Assembly (NCBI GenBank): GCA_964247055.1
Contig: OZ176054.1
Span: 7,874,001 to 7,938,000 of the forward strand
DNA length: 64,000 nt
Source: Paragordius varius
Taxonomy: Eukaryota; Animalia; Nematomorpha
Direction: 5' to 3'
Position numbers and translations under genes: made by a program. The notes beneath the pieces were generated by a model. The model was not told the DNA's origin. It saw only the letters and a program-made list of their open reading frames with translations, and ran no database searches. Below are positions 22,229 through 35,378 of this stretch, piece by piece (the first letter of the stretch is position 1; every line of letters begins with the position of its first letter).

Positions 22229-25200
22229 TTATTTAGGTCTAAAATTTAAGATTTTGCGTTTTAAACTAGGCGTACAAACATCTATTGGTTTCTTTTTATC
22301 TTTGTTTTCATTTGCAATATTTGCTCCGTTATTCAATAATACTGGAATGACATCGTCTCTATGTTCTTCACAAGCCAAATGTCTAAAATAATTTATAAGC
22401 GTTATCTTATTAATAAGCTTTTAACTTCGAAATTAATAAAATATTTTTAACTAAATAAGAAGCCATTAAGATTTAGGTACCAACTATTACGCCTAAAATA
22501 TTTTATCATTGCTTTGATATTAACATATGGAAACCTGTTTTATCATTTTTTAAAACCATTTATTAAAAAAATAAATCACATTTTAGTTTATAATCTTTCC
22601 AATATTGGTTAAATATCTAAAAGTATTAAAATGATAATCTCTGTTAATAATATTTTTAGGATTATTTTTTTAGCAATGTGCAATAGTTAGCGTAAAATCG
22701 ATACATAGGGTCGGGTGATAAAAAATTTTTTTTGACTGACTTGCAAGTTTTTCAAGTCATGGCTTGCTTTCATGTGATAAAAAAAATTTAACATTAGGGC
22801 ACTTAAGTCAAGCGAGAAAACTTAATAAGGAGGTGATAAAAAATCATATGTTCAAGTAAAACTTAAAGATTTTGCAAGTGTGGTGTAGGGCACACTTGAC
22901 AGATTTAAAAATATGGACAAAATTATTTTGGAAACTATTTATATACAAAATTTAGGTTTTACATGTAATTCAAACCTTTATTAATTCTATAAATTGTTAA
23001 TTTGATAAATTTTGGCTAATTAATCTATTCATTGGGTGGATACAAAGGATAAATTTATAGAAAAACTCTGCTAATATTGAATAACATGGCACATAAAAAC
23101 ATGCTAAATATATCAATTCTCTGACCGGAAAAAAAATTGGATTCTCGAAAAATTTTTTAAAACTTCAGTAAATACTTAGTTAAAAATAATATGGATATTA
23201 CAAGGGCGTGTTTCCTTGATTATTTTGTGCATCAACATTAGCATTGTGTTCCAACAAAGCTTTTACGACATTAACGTGTCCTTGTGTCGCAGCTCTGTGC
23301 AAAGGTGTATCACCCTGGTTATCGGCCCAATTTATTTTAATATTTTTTTCGTCCAATAACATAAGAACAATCTACAGAGATGACAATATATATACCATTT
23401 ACAGTTCAAATTCACCCTTGAACAATTCAAATTCACCCTCAAACAATTCAAATTCACCCTCGAACAATTCAAATTCACCCTAAAAATAAATTATGTGTTT
23501 TCGAACTAATATAACTCATTATTAGTATGAAATACATCTTTATGGCATAGTTTATTATTTTTTCAGTATTATTTTAATTTAATAGAAATTTATTTTTAAA
23601 AATATATAAAAATATTGGTAATTTTTAATCTTAAAACACATATATTTTAGTTAGGGGTGAATTTGAATTGTTTGAGGGTGAATTAGAATTGTTTAAGGGT
23701 GAATTTGAATTGTTTAAGGGTGAATTTGAATTATAAATGGTATATATAGAAATAAAAAATAAACGACAATATGAATAATTAAGGTTATTTTTGATGGTAA
23801 TGGTTGTACCGAAATATTAATTCATTAGAAAAATAAATTCAACAACAATGAAAGCCAATAAATGTATATTTCCCGTTTACTGAAAAACATCAAAATAAAT
23901 TTGATTGTTACTGAATTTTTATATTTCGGATTATAGAATGCATGGTAATAATGGCCAAATTATTTTTATACCAAAAAATAAAACTGCGAATTATAAGACA
24001 GATTCTAATTTTTTTTAGATTTTTAATAACAACCTCCGGTTTAATATAATAACGAAAGTTTTAAAATGCTTTTTTTCCACATGTGGCCCCAAAATCTCCG
24101 AAAAAAATGGAACTGTAATATCGGCAACTGATATAGCGAAATATAAATTTAATATATAATAGCTTAAATAGGACAAGATTATTAAAGGACCCCACTATCA
24201 GATAAAACAAGGAGAAAACCATATTTTTTTCCAGATAAAACATGCCAAATATATTCATTCATATAATATTATTATATTATAACGTTTAATATATTATTGC
24301 AAAAAACAATTATATTTAATATGTTTTCCAAGTTAGTGCTATTCTATAGCTAATAAATGATCTTGTCAAAGGTTTAGATATGTTATCGCCAAGATATCTG
24401 AATTGGACATTTTCAAATATATCAACGGCTAGTAAGTTTGTTTGCTTGCCAGATAGTTCATTTAAATTAATTTATTAGGGAGTGATTTTTTAATTTGGCT
24501 GTACCGTTTATACACGTATAAAAATTAATTACATCGGATTTAGTTGGGCGATATACTTTTGTTACAATTCGGATGTTAATTCTTTTTTGCATTTGTAAAT
24601 TTTTAATCAATGCTTTACAAAAGTTTTTTTTATTAATATAAAGTAGACCGTTGTAGTTAGAATGTCTTATGGGATTGAATCATGGCCTATGACAAATAAA
24701 CGGGAAAAAACTAATTAATACCGATAACACATCAATATAATCATTGGAATATTGATAATAAATATTTATGAAATCTAACCAATAAACATGTAAATGAAGA
24801 CTTAATTTCTGGGGCCCCCCACTAAGATATGATTCTTATAACCAAAAGACAATCAAAAACTTTTTACCTCGAGATCCCTATTGAAAAGAACCGATTCACA
24901 CATAGTCCCAAACCATAAAACAAGATTTATTAATAATAAAAACGGATAAATCTGATTACAAGAATAGAAATTTCTTGAAACATCTTTTTCATGTATATAA
25001 ATTATAAAGGTTCTGCGTAAATCCTATCTTTCTTTATGCTTGGTAAATTTTAAATATGATTCCCATAATGCCGTCAATGGATCGAAAAACAAAAATAATT
25101 ACGTTTGCAAAATAAATCCGTAATATATATATATATATATACATATATATGGTTGTGCATTTGACTGCTTTTTCAAAAAAGTCCGGTCAGACCCAGTCAG

Positions 25201-26671
25201 ACCATGGTCATGACTACTTTTTACTTAAGTGAATATCATGCGATTTTGGAGATTGTGAAAATAATGCTTGAACGACACATGCTTTTCACAAATAATGTCT
25301 TTTTCTTAATAGTTTGTTTTATACTTTTTGATTTATTATTTATAAATATATTCAATCAAATTTAATCAAGGATTTTGTTTTCAAATGAATTTCGCCATAT
25401 GTTTGTGGCCTTCTGAATCTTCAAATCCTTTCTGGATATTTCAAAAATATTTTACTCGTTTGTTTTACACTTTCTTTCATTTAATAAATATTCAAATATA
25501 AGATGTTTTTTTCATTTTATTGGTTCACATATATATATATATATATATATATATTGTGCACAAGGCTAGATTGTTTTGTTATGCGAAATAACTGGATATG
25601 TTTAATTGCTAATCTTAAAGGATGCATGCTTAACAATTTATAATATATTGTTAAATAAGCTAAATGTCGATTATTTAATAATATTAAAAAACAATAAAAT
25701 CTTACTATCCCTCTTTCAAAAAAATTTACTAGCAATTTTTCAAAAAACAGCTGTTTTTTAAATGACCGTGGTCAAAAATAAATAGTCATTGACCTGGTCG
25801 CCCGGTCAATTGACCGGGTCATTACTTGGTCAGCACAACCCTATATATATATCTTAAATTTGGAAAATAGCAATAATAATGTTTTTTTGAAATAATAACT
25901 TTATTCTTCGCAAAACTTAAAGATATACTTTAAAATATTTTAATCATATTTAATGTTTTCATTTAAATAAAGGTAAACAACCTAAAGTTACGATTTAAAA
26001 AGAATAATATTAATACAAAAACGTAAATTAAATCTTTGAAAGTAAGCTACAAAAAATAAATAAAAAACCTTTATTTTATAAAACATTGGTCCCAAAGCTT
26101 TGAAAAAATCAAAACCGTTTTTTATTATTGCATTAAAGGTTATAAGTTATTAAAAATGGGTTCAGGTTTTAGTAAACGGCGTTTCCCCAAAAATTGCCCT
26201 TTAAGATCCGGTTCTTATGGGTCAAATTTATTGCTAAAATAGGTAGAGAACTCATACCCCTAAATTATTTTTAGATGCTGCATAATGTAATGCAGTTTGT
26301 TTAGTTTTGTTTGTATGATTTATATCAATTCCTCCATGCGATAAAAAAAGAGAAACTATATTTTGCCAACCAGCAGACGACGCAATCATAAGGGGAGTCC
26401 ACCCTGTCTATTTAATTTTTAAGGAAAGAAGACAACTTCATCTGGTTCATTTAAAGGCATTTCCATATCCTCCAAAAGATATTTTACAACTTCAATATTT
26501 CCCTTACTAGTAGCCCAATGTAAGAGATTTCGCCCATCCTAAATTTATAAAATTCTATTTTACATTATCTTTTTGCGTTAAAAGGCCCGAATTTTGTGAA
26601 ATCAAGTTTCGAAGTCCATTAATATCGTTGTTATAAGCTAATGTACATGCTTGATTAATTAGAGTTGTCAT
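22229..26671 (-). CDS. PSMD10: 26S proteasome non-ATPase regulatory subunit 10 (gankyrin)
   Basis: Ankyrin repeats colinear with gankyrin: CTLAYNND.., GRNLLHWATSKG, GWTPLMIASSAG, QTALHYAASKN, DTPLHRAATQG, GNTPLHLACEE..ENKDKKKP. Intron 3 spans 23372-26257. Confidence 0.92.
23387..23748. mobile_element. Foldback-type MITE with arms built from 21-bp tandem repeats
   Basis: Perfect 15-bp outer inverted repeat TATATATACCATTTA. Each arm carries about 4 copies of AACAATTCAAATTCACCCT(CA) in inverted orientation. Confidence 0.85.
25148..25843. mobile_element. hAT MITE, family B (TAGGGTTGTG TIR)
   Basis: TATGGTTGTG / CACAACCCTA, 8-bp TSD TACATATA / TATATATA and subterminal GACC/GGTC repeats. Confidence 0.82.
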
Positions 26672-26761
26672 ATCGTGTTTTTTAATTTATTTTTAAATTT
26701 TGATAGTAATAAAAATGCACACATTCAATTAGTAGCGTGGTTTTGGCAAAGCTCGATTGGG

Positions 26762-29700
26762 ATGGATCCGAATTCGTTGTTAAAAATACTCTCAGCTCTT
26801 TTATATGCATTTGCTTCATTTATAATAGTTGTGATAAACAAGATTGTATTAACAACATTTAAGTAAACTTTTTTAAATATTTTAGATTTCCGTCATATCA
26901 ATGTTTAGCAATTGGACAAGTAATTTTATGTATTATATTCATATAGATGGCTGCTACCCTATTAATATTAGGAACTGCCCGAATATTTGGTTATTTAAGA
27001 TTTTCCCTTAATTTTCGAGATATGTTTATCAAGGTACATATTACAATACAAATTAGATTTTTCCTTTACCGTTAATTTATCTTGGTAATATCATGACGGG
27101 GTTAGGAAGTACCAAAAAATTAAGGTTTGCATATTTTTAATTGTCTAGTTTGCCCATGTTTACGGTGCTAAGAAGATTCTCAATTTTGTTTACTATGATA
27201 TTGGAATTCCTTATATTAAAGTTGGTACTGTATCATTACATTTTAGGATCAAACCTTCAAAATCTATTCAAATCTCGGTATTCGCCATGATATTGGGGGC
27301 CATTATAGCAGCGAGGTTAATAGTTTTTTTTAGGGGAAAAATATTGATTAATATAACAATAATTGACTGGAGTATTATTTTTTATTTAGAGAAATTTACA
27401 ATGGTCTTAAATTTTTAATGTTTATTGATTGCTAATATTAAATTCTTTATCGTTTAATAATTCTTATAATTTTGCATTTGACCTACTTATAAATTTTATT
27501 ATATCATAATTGATACCAATAATTATTAAAAAATATGGTTTTTGGTGATATTCATATTAAAATTTAGAAAAGCCTAATCTTTTCATTATATTAAATTAGT
27601 ATTGATGAGGAACGGCTCATTCCATAAAATACTGGAAGTTTTAAATATAACAGTGTAGGCTAGTAAAATTCTGCAGCCTAAAATTTAATAAATTTAATTA
27701 ATTTTAGAATATTTTTTGCATTTATAATTAATCATTTATTCTTTACACGTGATTAGATATTAAAGTCATTTAATTTATGTTTTTACGGTCAATTGCGTTT
27801 GCTGCTTTGAAAACTTATGTTTGCAGAAAATATAACCATTACTTTAAATATATTGAAAATTAAAGTCAGCGATATGCTATAATTTGATAGCTTAAATATA
27901 TTACATAATATTTTTATTAAATTTTTTATATGCATATTTTTTTTAATAAAGTGATGATTTAGCCTTTGATGGGATGGGGTATCTCCTAATTTTTGGTAAT
28001 GACATTTTTACAGCCCTCAACGGTGTAGTTGTTAAAAAGAAATTGGATACTAAAGTATTTTTTATTTATATATATATGTTTTGGTTTTAAAATACCAAAT
28101 TAAAACTTGAATTTTAATAGTATTTTTTCTTCAAACAAATGGGAAATACAGATAAGTTTCTATGTTTAAAATAAAAAAGTACAATTCTATTTTTTTATAC
28201 TTAGGATTTAGGGAAGTATGCTCTCATTTTTTACAATGCTCTGTTCATGTTACCTTTCGCCTTAATTATTGCCTATTTGGACAAGGAATATGAAAAGGTT
28301 AGTTATTTTGCACACTTTATACCTATTTCTTTGAATATTATAATTATTAATAATTATATATATTTTTATTGAATTTGGAAACAATTTGTTTAGGTTAGAC
28401 ATATATTTAAGTTTTAAATTAACTTTTTTAATTTATTGTCTTATAAATATGATAATTATATATGTGTTTTTTATCCTTTAACTCTAATTTTCCAGGTTTA
28501 CGAGTTTGATGGTTGGTCTAACCCGTTATTTTTGTTGTCCATCCTATTAAGCTGTGTCATGGGATTCATCTTAAATTATTCTGTCGTCCTATGCACCTAT
28601 TATAATTCCGCATTAACCACCACAATCATTGGATGTTTAAAGGTCCTTTTTACTCATATTTTTTGGGGTCTTTTATTTTTTTCCATTAACAAATTATACG
28701 GGGTCAAAAATATTAATATTTAACGATTTTGCAAATAATTAATAATTTTTCGAATGCTTCCTAATTTTTCCGAATATCTAAAGCAAAATGTAAATATAAA
28801 CCATAATTAATCATATTTGTTGGATTGTTTTAAATATAATATATTATCTTATTTAGAACATGATAGTGACCTACTCTGGAATGGTTATTGGCGGTGATTA
28901 CATTTTCAGTTGGCCAAATTTTATGGGGCTCAATATAAGGTATTTTACATCATTCAATTATGTTTTGAAATTTATGGGTATAAATCTTTAAAAATGTTAT
29001 CAAATTTTTATGTACTGCACTAAAAAATTGACAGTATAAATATTTTCACGGTTAACTTTATGCTTGGTAATATATATTTTACATTTGTGGTAATATGCCC
29101 ACGAATGATGCATTTATTAACGATAATGGTTTTTTATTTAAAACATCAACCCTAAAACGTTTAGTTTTTTCATACTTTTAGAGTTAAATATAATTTCTTA
29201 TATTCTTATACATTATTTTTCTAGCATAAGTCCTCTTTTGTTGTAATACATCTTTATAATAGAAGTTAAAGTAAATAGCAAAAACGCGTATAAATGATTT
29301 TTAAAAAATAAATAGTTATTTTTTTTGATTTCGTTTTAATTTTTTTTCCTTTATCCTGAAAAAGGTTATATAAATATAACCGAAAATTAGATATTTATTT
29401 AATCAATTAACTTATTTTTTTAAAATCATTTATACGCTTTTTTGCCATTTACTTTAACTTGATTTATTAATGCGTGATTCCTGACTCTTTTCGATCTTTA
29501 TAATACAGTATGAGTAAATACATATTGCTACCTTTTCATTAATTTATGCCAGATAGCATATACAATAGAGAATAATATTGGCTTATGGTTAATTTTAGGC
29601 GTTTTCTTGCTATCCACCAATAATAATAGAACTCTTTTTATATATGCTACCTGGCAATATTCAAAGTAAAAAAAATTATTAATATATCATTCTTGCACTG

Positions 29701-30168
29701 CATAAACATTTTGTTTATAATATATATATGAAAAATAGTATTGTTGGTAGCCTGTTTTATTCTTATCTCACATTCTTTCAAAAAAAGACGCCACGAAACC
29801 GATCAAACATGACAGCAAGGCCTCCGTCTAGTCTTTCCCTTTCAAAACATAACTCTTCTGCAACAAAGCCAACCCAAAATGGGCATGATCAAATTAATCT
29901 TTTCACAGCACTAGATCCAACGCCCATAGTAGCAAACAAAGAACTACTTATCAAGGGTCATTTATCACCTAAACCAACTGCTATTAATATCATGAATTCT
30001 AATATTAACAACTCTAATGCAGGAGGATTCTTTAATCAAAATTCTCCCTCAAAGTTTAAGGGAAATGGGGACTCTAATAAAGTTAGTCCTAATGAAGAGC
30101 GGCATTCTTTCTCTAGTAATTCAGATTTTAATGATGAAAAACAACACCTCTTACCTATAACTCGATGA
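26762..30168 (+). CDS. SLC35D-family UDP-sugar transporter (fringe connection-like) with a long C-terminal tail
   Basis: [112 protein letters not shown] and GSLFYSY. The first five introns are 23, 27, 23, 24 and 26 nt. The paralogue is not assignable. Confidence 0.92.
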
Positions 30169-30250
30169 TATATACAAAAGTTCCGTGTGAAATTTATAAA
30201 ATTTTGTGAAGGGTTATTTAGGGTATTTCTAACAACAATTAATAATTATC

Positions 30251-30281
<31 letters not shown>

Positions 30282-30290
30282 TATATATAT
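30251..30290. repeat. (TA)n microsatellite
   Basis: Direct reading of the sequence; similar tracts occur near 25125, 25528 and 30364. Confidence 0.95.
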
Positions 30291-31814
30291 AAGAGAAATT
30301 TATACATTACCATATAATTTTGAATTAAATTTTTAATGACAGGGCACAAACAAGCATTTGAGTATATATATATATATATAAGCTTGTTTTGTTCTTGGTT
30401 AAATGGTGTCCACTAAAATTCCTATTGTATCATTATTAATGTATTTCCTAATATTCCTGTCGATGACTATTTCGGCAATTAAAATAAACCATTTTATTGT
30501 ATATATAATCATTTAAAAGTCAAAGTTTTACTGAATAATCTTTCCCATGTGTCAAAAGTGCCGTAAAGAAACATTTCGTCAAATTTTTTTAGAACACAAT
30601 TAGATATTTCATTTCAAACATGTATATATATATATGCCAAAGATAATTTTTTAATTAAATAATATTTAAAACAATATAATTATTATTCTACAATCTTTTC
30701 GATAATTTTGGTCCCTGATGCCACATTTTCTTGGAAAATCATCAGAAACATATAATCATGTATTAAACACATCATATCACGTAATCAATCAAATTTTTAT
30801 TATACATGTAATAATTCAATTTAAATGCTCATTTTATTCTCCAAAATTATATAAAAATAATTATGATTGGCTTCTTCCGACACATACCAAAAGTCACATT
30901 ATTATCATAATCTTAAAAGATATAATATATAATTTAATTAGGCTCTATCATTTTACAGTATGTATATTAATGGTTGCCTTTTTTCACTATAGTTCGGTAA
31001 CTCACAACACAGTAGTGTATGGAAAAAACAACAAAATGTTGAATAAACAATTTTTTTCTTTCATTTTTTCCATACACTACTGCGTTGCAAATTGCCCAAC
31101 CATATAGTGGGAAATAAGCAACCATTAAAGTGCATACTGTATATTTATCAATGTATTCTAATCACTTTATACATACAATATTAAATTGTTGATAAATTAG
31201 CAATTATTGCTATATACAAACAATCAAATGCAATAAATAATTACTTAATACTATTTACTTACTATTTGCTATGGTACAATGTTTACAAAAGGGTCTTTGT
31301 TCCCAAAAATCATTATTAATACTAAAAACACGGCTTATATATAAAATTATTCGTAAAACTCAATTAATATTGGGCCTATGAAAATTTTAACTGCTTGTTT
31401 AAATCGGATATAATTTAGTTTTAATTACTATGATTAATTAATATCGTAGTAGGATAACAAATTAATTTACAATTTTGAAACAGTTAATGAATCCAATCGT
31501 GAAATATAGTTGGAGACTTGATAACAATGAGATATAAGTGAAACAATTTTCAAAAACTGTCATAAATAGGTCAGAATCATATTTCTTTGGAATTCTAAAA
31601 TTATAGTAATGTATTTTGATCAAAAGCATGTTTTTTAATCTTAAAAACTATCTATACTTTAATGTATTTTTAATAACTATTTTAGCACAGTTATATATAC
31701 TGCTTTGACTTTAAATTTTTGGTGTTAATTATTTACTATACATGACGTCAATTTAAGAAAAATTTCTTGTTCATTATTTATAATAAAAATATTTAAGGTA
31801 CAATAATTTATTAT

Positions 31815-33200
31815 TCACAATCGTAATTTATAGTCTAAACTTTTTTGGTGATGAGAAGAGGGCTCGATTTCGGCTGCCTTAAGAACTTTTCGTTCTGTCA
31901 CATTTTGCTGGATGCGTGTCCAATTTTTGCGTACCCTTTTTTCCTGCAGAGCAATGTCAAACACCTTCTCAGTGTAAAAATGCATTAAGAAATTTGGAAC
32001 TGAGTCTATATTCTCCAAAATTTCGGAGAACGTAAGAAACAAACGGAACTTTATATCATTGTGAAAACGATTGGTATATATTTTGTTTTCAAAGAACAGT
32101 ATAAGTATAACGCGCGGCATTAGACATACAATGTGAAGGATAGCAAGTCGCCAAGACATCATACGGAAACATTTAAGTTTTTTCATCCTAGAATTCATGT
32201 ATTTGGGCGATGTTTTAGGATTGGTAGATAGAGCTTCTGTTTCTGTTCCATTTGGGGATTTTGGGGTGGTGACCGTATCACAGTTTATTGCTAAAGGTTC
32301 TCCCCTTTCAATCAGCAGTGATCGCAGACTTTCTTCACTTTCTTGCGTTGTCAATTGAGTTGGTTTAGGTGAGGAGGAACCATCCTCTTGCGATATTTGT
32401 TTCAATTTCTCATTATATTTTTTCCGTAATGCTCTATATTTACTCCCCGAGACTATGTAGCCGGCAATATTAAGTGTTATCATTGCAAACGAGGGTAGAA
32501 CGAAAAAGAGACATTCATTCAGGTAAGAATAGGTGAGGAAAGCCTTATTTTCCATGTAACCAGTGGAAGGCGTGATTTTAATGTATTGCGAAACATAGCT
32601 ACTATTTTGTTTTAACATATCAAGCTTTATCTCATTCAAATGGTGTATGGATGTATTTATAGTCGGGTTTCCATCCTTATCCGTACAACATTCCAAGTTA
32701 TATGTGAACATGTAGGGACAATTTAATAGCCCATATATAATGTAAGTTATGATGAAATATCCCGTAATTTTTGGTATCGTGAATGATTTATACACATCTT
32801 TCCCATGCAAAATCATCATAAAGAGATTAACGCAAAGCGTTAAAGAATGTAAAACTATAACTTTGGAGAATGTTTTCATGGCATAACCCAGGACACGATA
32901 GACAAATATGATCCAAGGGTGAGCGCGAAACGGAACAACCAAACCATCAGCGATCACATTTTGATGAGAAAGTAAGAATGTATCAAGTTCATACACCGAT
33001 TTCACCAACAACATTATGTTTTGCACCGTGTCCCCAAAACAAAGCCACATAAGTATGATACAGATGTGGTGTCGGGTTAAATGAGCAAACTCGGCAATCA
33101 GGTAAAAGCAATACATGATACTTACGATACTCACTATCATGTTAAAAGCGAATTCCAGGTACAAAAGTTCTGAAGGATGTTCTTGTAAGCGTTCATGCAT
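31815..33200 (-). CDS. Intronless, highly divergent class A (rhodopsin-family) GPCR, peptide-receptor-like
   Basis: 461-aa ORF with seven hydrophobic segments: TM2 LCFGD, TM4 ending NCPY, TM5 LPSFAMITLN, long ICL3, TM6 CLMP and TM7 DSVPNFLMH. Confidence 0.8.
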   Translation of the reverse strand: MHERLQEHPSELLYLEFAFNMIVSIVSIMYCFYLIAEFAHLTRHHICIILMWLCFGDTVQNIMLLVKSVYELDTFLLSHQNVIADGLVVPFRAHPWIIFVYRVLGYAMKTFSKVIVLHSLTLCVNLFMMILHGKDVYKSFTIPKITGYFIITYIIYGLLNCPYMFTYNLECCTDKDGNPTINTSIHHLNEIKLDMLKQNSSYVSQYIKITPSTGYMENKAFLTYSYLNECLFFVLPSFAMITLNIAGYIVSGSKYRALRKKYNEKLKQISQEDGSSSPKPTQLTTQESEESLRSLLIERGEPLAINCDTVTTPKSPNGTETEALSTNPKTSPKYMNSRMKKLKCFRMMSWRLAILHIVCLMPRVILILFFENKIYTNRFHNDIKFRLFLTFSEILENIDSVPNFLMHFYTEKVFDIALQEKRVRKNWTRIQQNVTERKVLKAAEIEPSSHHQKSLDYKLRL

Positions 33201-33989
33201 GTTGGCAAATTTTTAAGCTACTATTTGTGGATCGTATTATTGCGTAATAACGATATATCAACCATTGAAAAAAAATTCGTAACCCAAAATTATAGAATTA
33301 TCGTAGCAATTAATTGATTAACACGATTGTGCATAGTTAAAGGATGTAACATCTTAATCTTTAAGTGCCAACACCCGTTTTCCATTAACCCATCGTGATA
33401 GAGACACCACCATTATCTAATATTAATATTGTGCTTAATTAATGTATATCGTTTGTTTTTAGCATAAATCAATAAATTTTTTCTTTTCTTCGTTTACTTG
33501 TTAATCACACTATTAATTTATGTAAAACAAGTAAAATATTATATGAAAAATTTTAAAAAAAAATATTATAATATCACTTGGGAGGAGAATAATTGGACGA
33601 ATCTAAACATTTTTGAATCATATATGAGTTGTTATGAAAATGATAAATTTATAATTTTATTGATATATCCAATTACACGTCATACATATACATCTTTATC
33701 GATATTTATGTTATCATCATTGCGAAACCCATATTTTATTTAGTAATCTATATGTATGTCATAATGTATATTTTATCCAAAAAAATATTGATTTAATAAA
33801 TGATAGCTAAAAACAAAACAAAAAACGCATAAAATATTCATATCTTATTTTCATACTGTGTAAAAGTGTTAAATAATTTAAAATATGTGTAATATTAAAT
33901 TAATTTTAATGTGTTAGAGCGTTTGATTTTAAATAGACATTTATCATAAATTAGAGCTGGAAACATTTTTGGTTGTTCTCGGTTCCAAG

Positions 33990-35378
33990 TAGGGTTGTGA
34001 TTTTGACCCCCTTTTTTTGAAAAGGGGGGTCAGACCTAGGTCGGACCTAGGTCTGACCTAGGTCATACCATATGTTATTGCCAATAATAAATAATTACAT
34101 ACATAAATACTTGATTAAATCACATAAAAAAGGTTTTTACATAAAGTATATATTTTTTAAAATTATACTTTCACCAATCCTGATAATTTAAATTTCTACG
34201 ATTGACGATCTTTCCTGGAATCATACATAAAGACTCATAGATAGTTTCAAATCACAGAAAGCTAAGACTAACGAGAAAATATGGATTTATTAAAATATAT
34301 TTATGCTCAATTTAGATTGTGTGAAAACGAGTCCTTGTCCATGAACTTAACGTTTACTTAGGATGGTTCAAAGAAAATTTTATACGATTTATTAGATTTA
34401 ATATATAATCGTGCTCACTTCATTTAAAATTTCAGTAATCTTAGTAAGTTTAATATATTCTTTGATCAAATTATTTAAAATATGACATTGGCATCCATGC
34501 TATATTATATTAGGATATTCTTTATTAATCAAATTTCCAGCAGCCTTCATGTTCGCTGCATTATCGGTCACAATGGCATTAATTTTTATAAATTTGAATA
34601 TTATTTATTTGTTCCATTATGTTATAGATACATTCGGCAGTCTTACTATGATAAGATGTGTCAATAGTTAATAAAAATGATTTTAGGGATCCTTGGCCAA
34701 TAAATAATATTAATTTGCTTCCTACGAATATTGGTAAAGGGATCGACGATTAATGAAATATTATTTTTTCATTTTCCAATAACTTCTATTTTTATATCTT
34801 CATAATATGAATCTAGTAATTCATTGGAAATCTGTTTCTATGAATAGCATAATTAGGTTTAAAGTATGAATGAAACTCCGTAAATGTTTATTTTCAATTA
34901 TGTTAAGAGTTGAGGATGTAAAAATAAAATTTGCTAAATGTTTCTGGCTAAATTCTCTTAAAAACATAAATTTTAAGTACTAAACTTAAGAAATTAAATA
35001 ATTAGCTTGTCGACCATCATCTGTCATATAATTTATTTCATGAACTTCTTTTAGATGTTTCAACATTCGGTTTATATAAATATATATAGTGTAATTCCAT
35101 TTCTTGCATGTAGCTTATTTTTGATCGAAAAATTTGCACAAGGCTGATTTCATTATGATTTAGGAAGTAAAAAAAGATGTGTATCATATGATATTTAAAA
35201 CAAAATAATAAATATATATATAATATAAGGTTTTGTTTTCCTAAAAATTGTAAAAATAAAAAAATAAAAAATTAAAAAAAATAAAAAAAATTGACCTAGG
35301 TCATTTTTTTTCGTAGTCCTGACTATGGTCATGACCTAGGTCATGACCCTAGGTCATTGACTAATGGGCACAACCCTA
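33990..35378 (-). mobile_element. Internally deleted hAT element (family B) with a transposase relic
   Basis: TIR TAGGGTTGTG / CACAACCCTA, perfect 8-bp TSD GTTCCAAG and repeated GACCTAGGTC subterminal palindromes. The minus strand reads IVTDNAANMKAAGNLI..YPNII*HGCQCHILNNL (hAT catalytic D and CxxH region) with stops. Confidence 0.93.

Noticed and set aside
23404-23732. 21-bp repeats as a CRISPR array
   Set aside because: The repeats are directly tandem with no unique spacers, form the two inverted arms of a MITE, and lie in a eukaryotic intron with no cas genes.
30718-31107. 129-aa ORF
   Set aside because: Composition is I/N/K/Y/F-biased as expected by chance in AT-rich DNA; no motifs or splice support.
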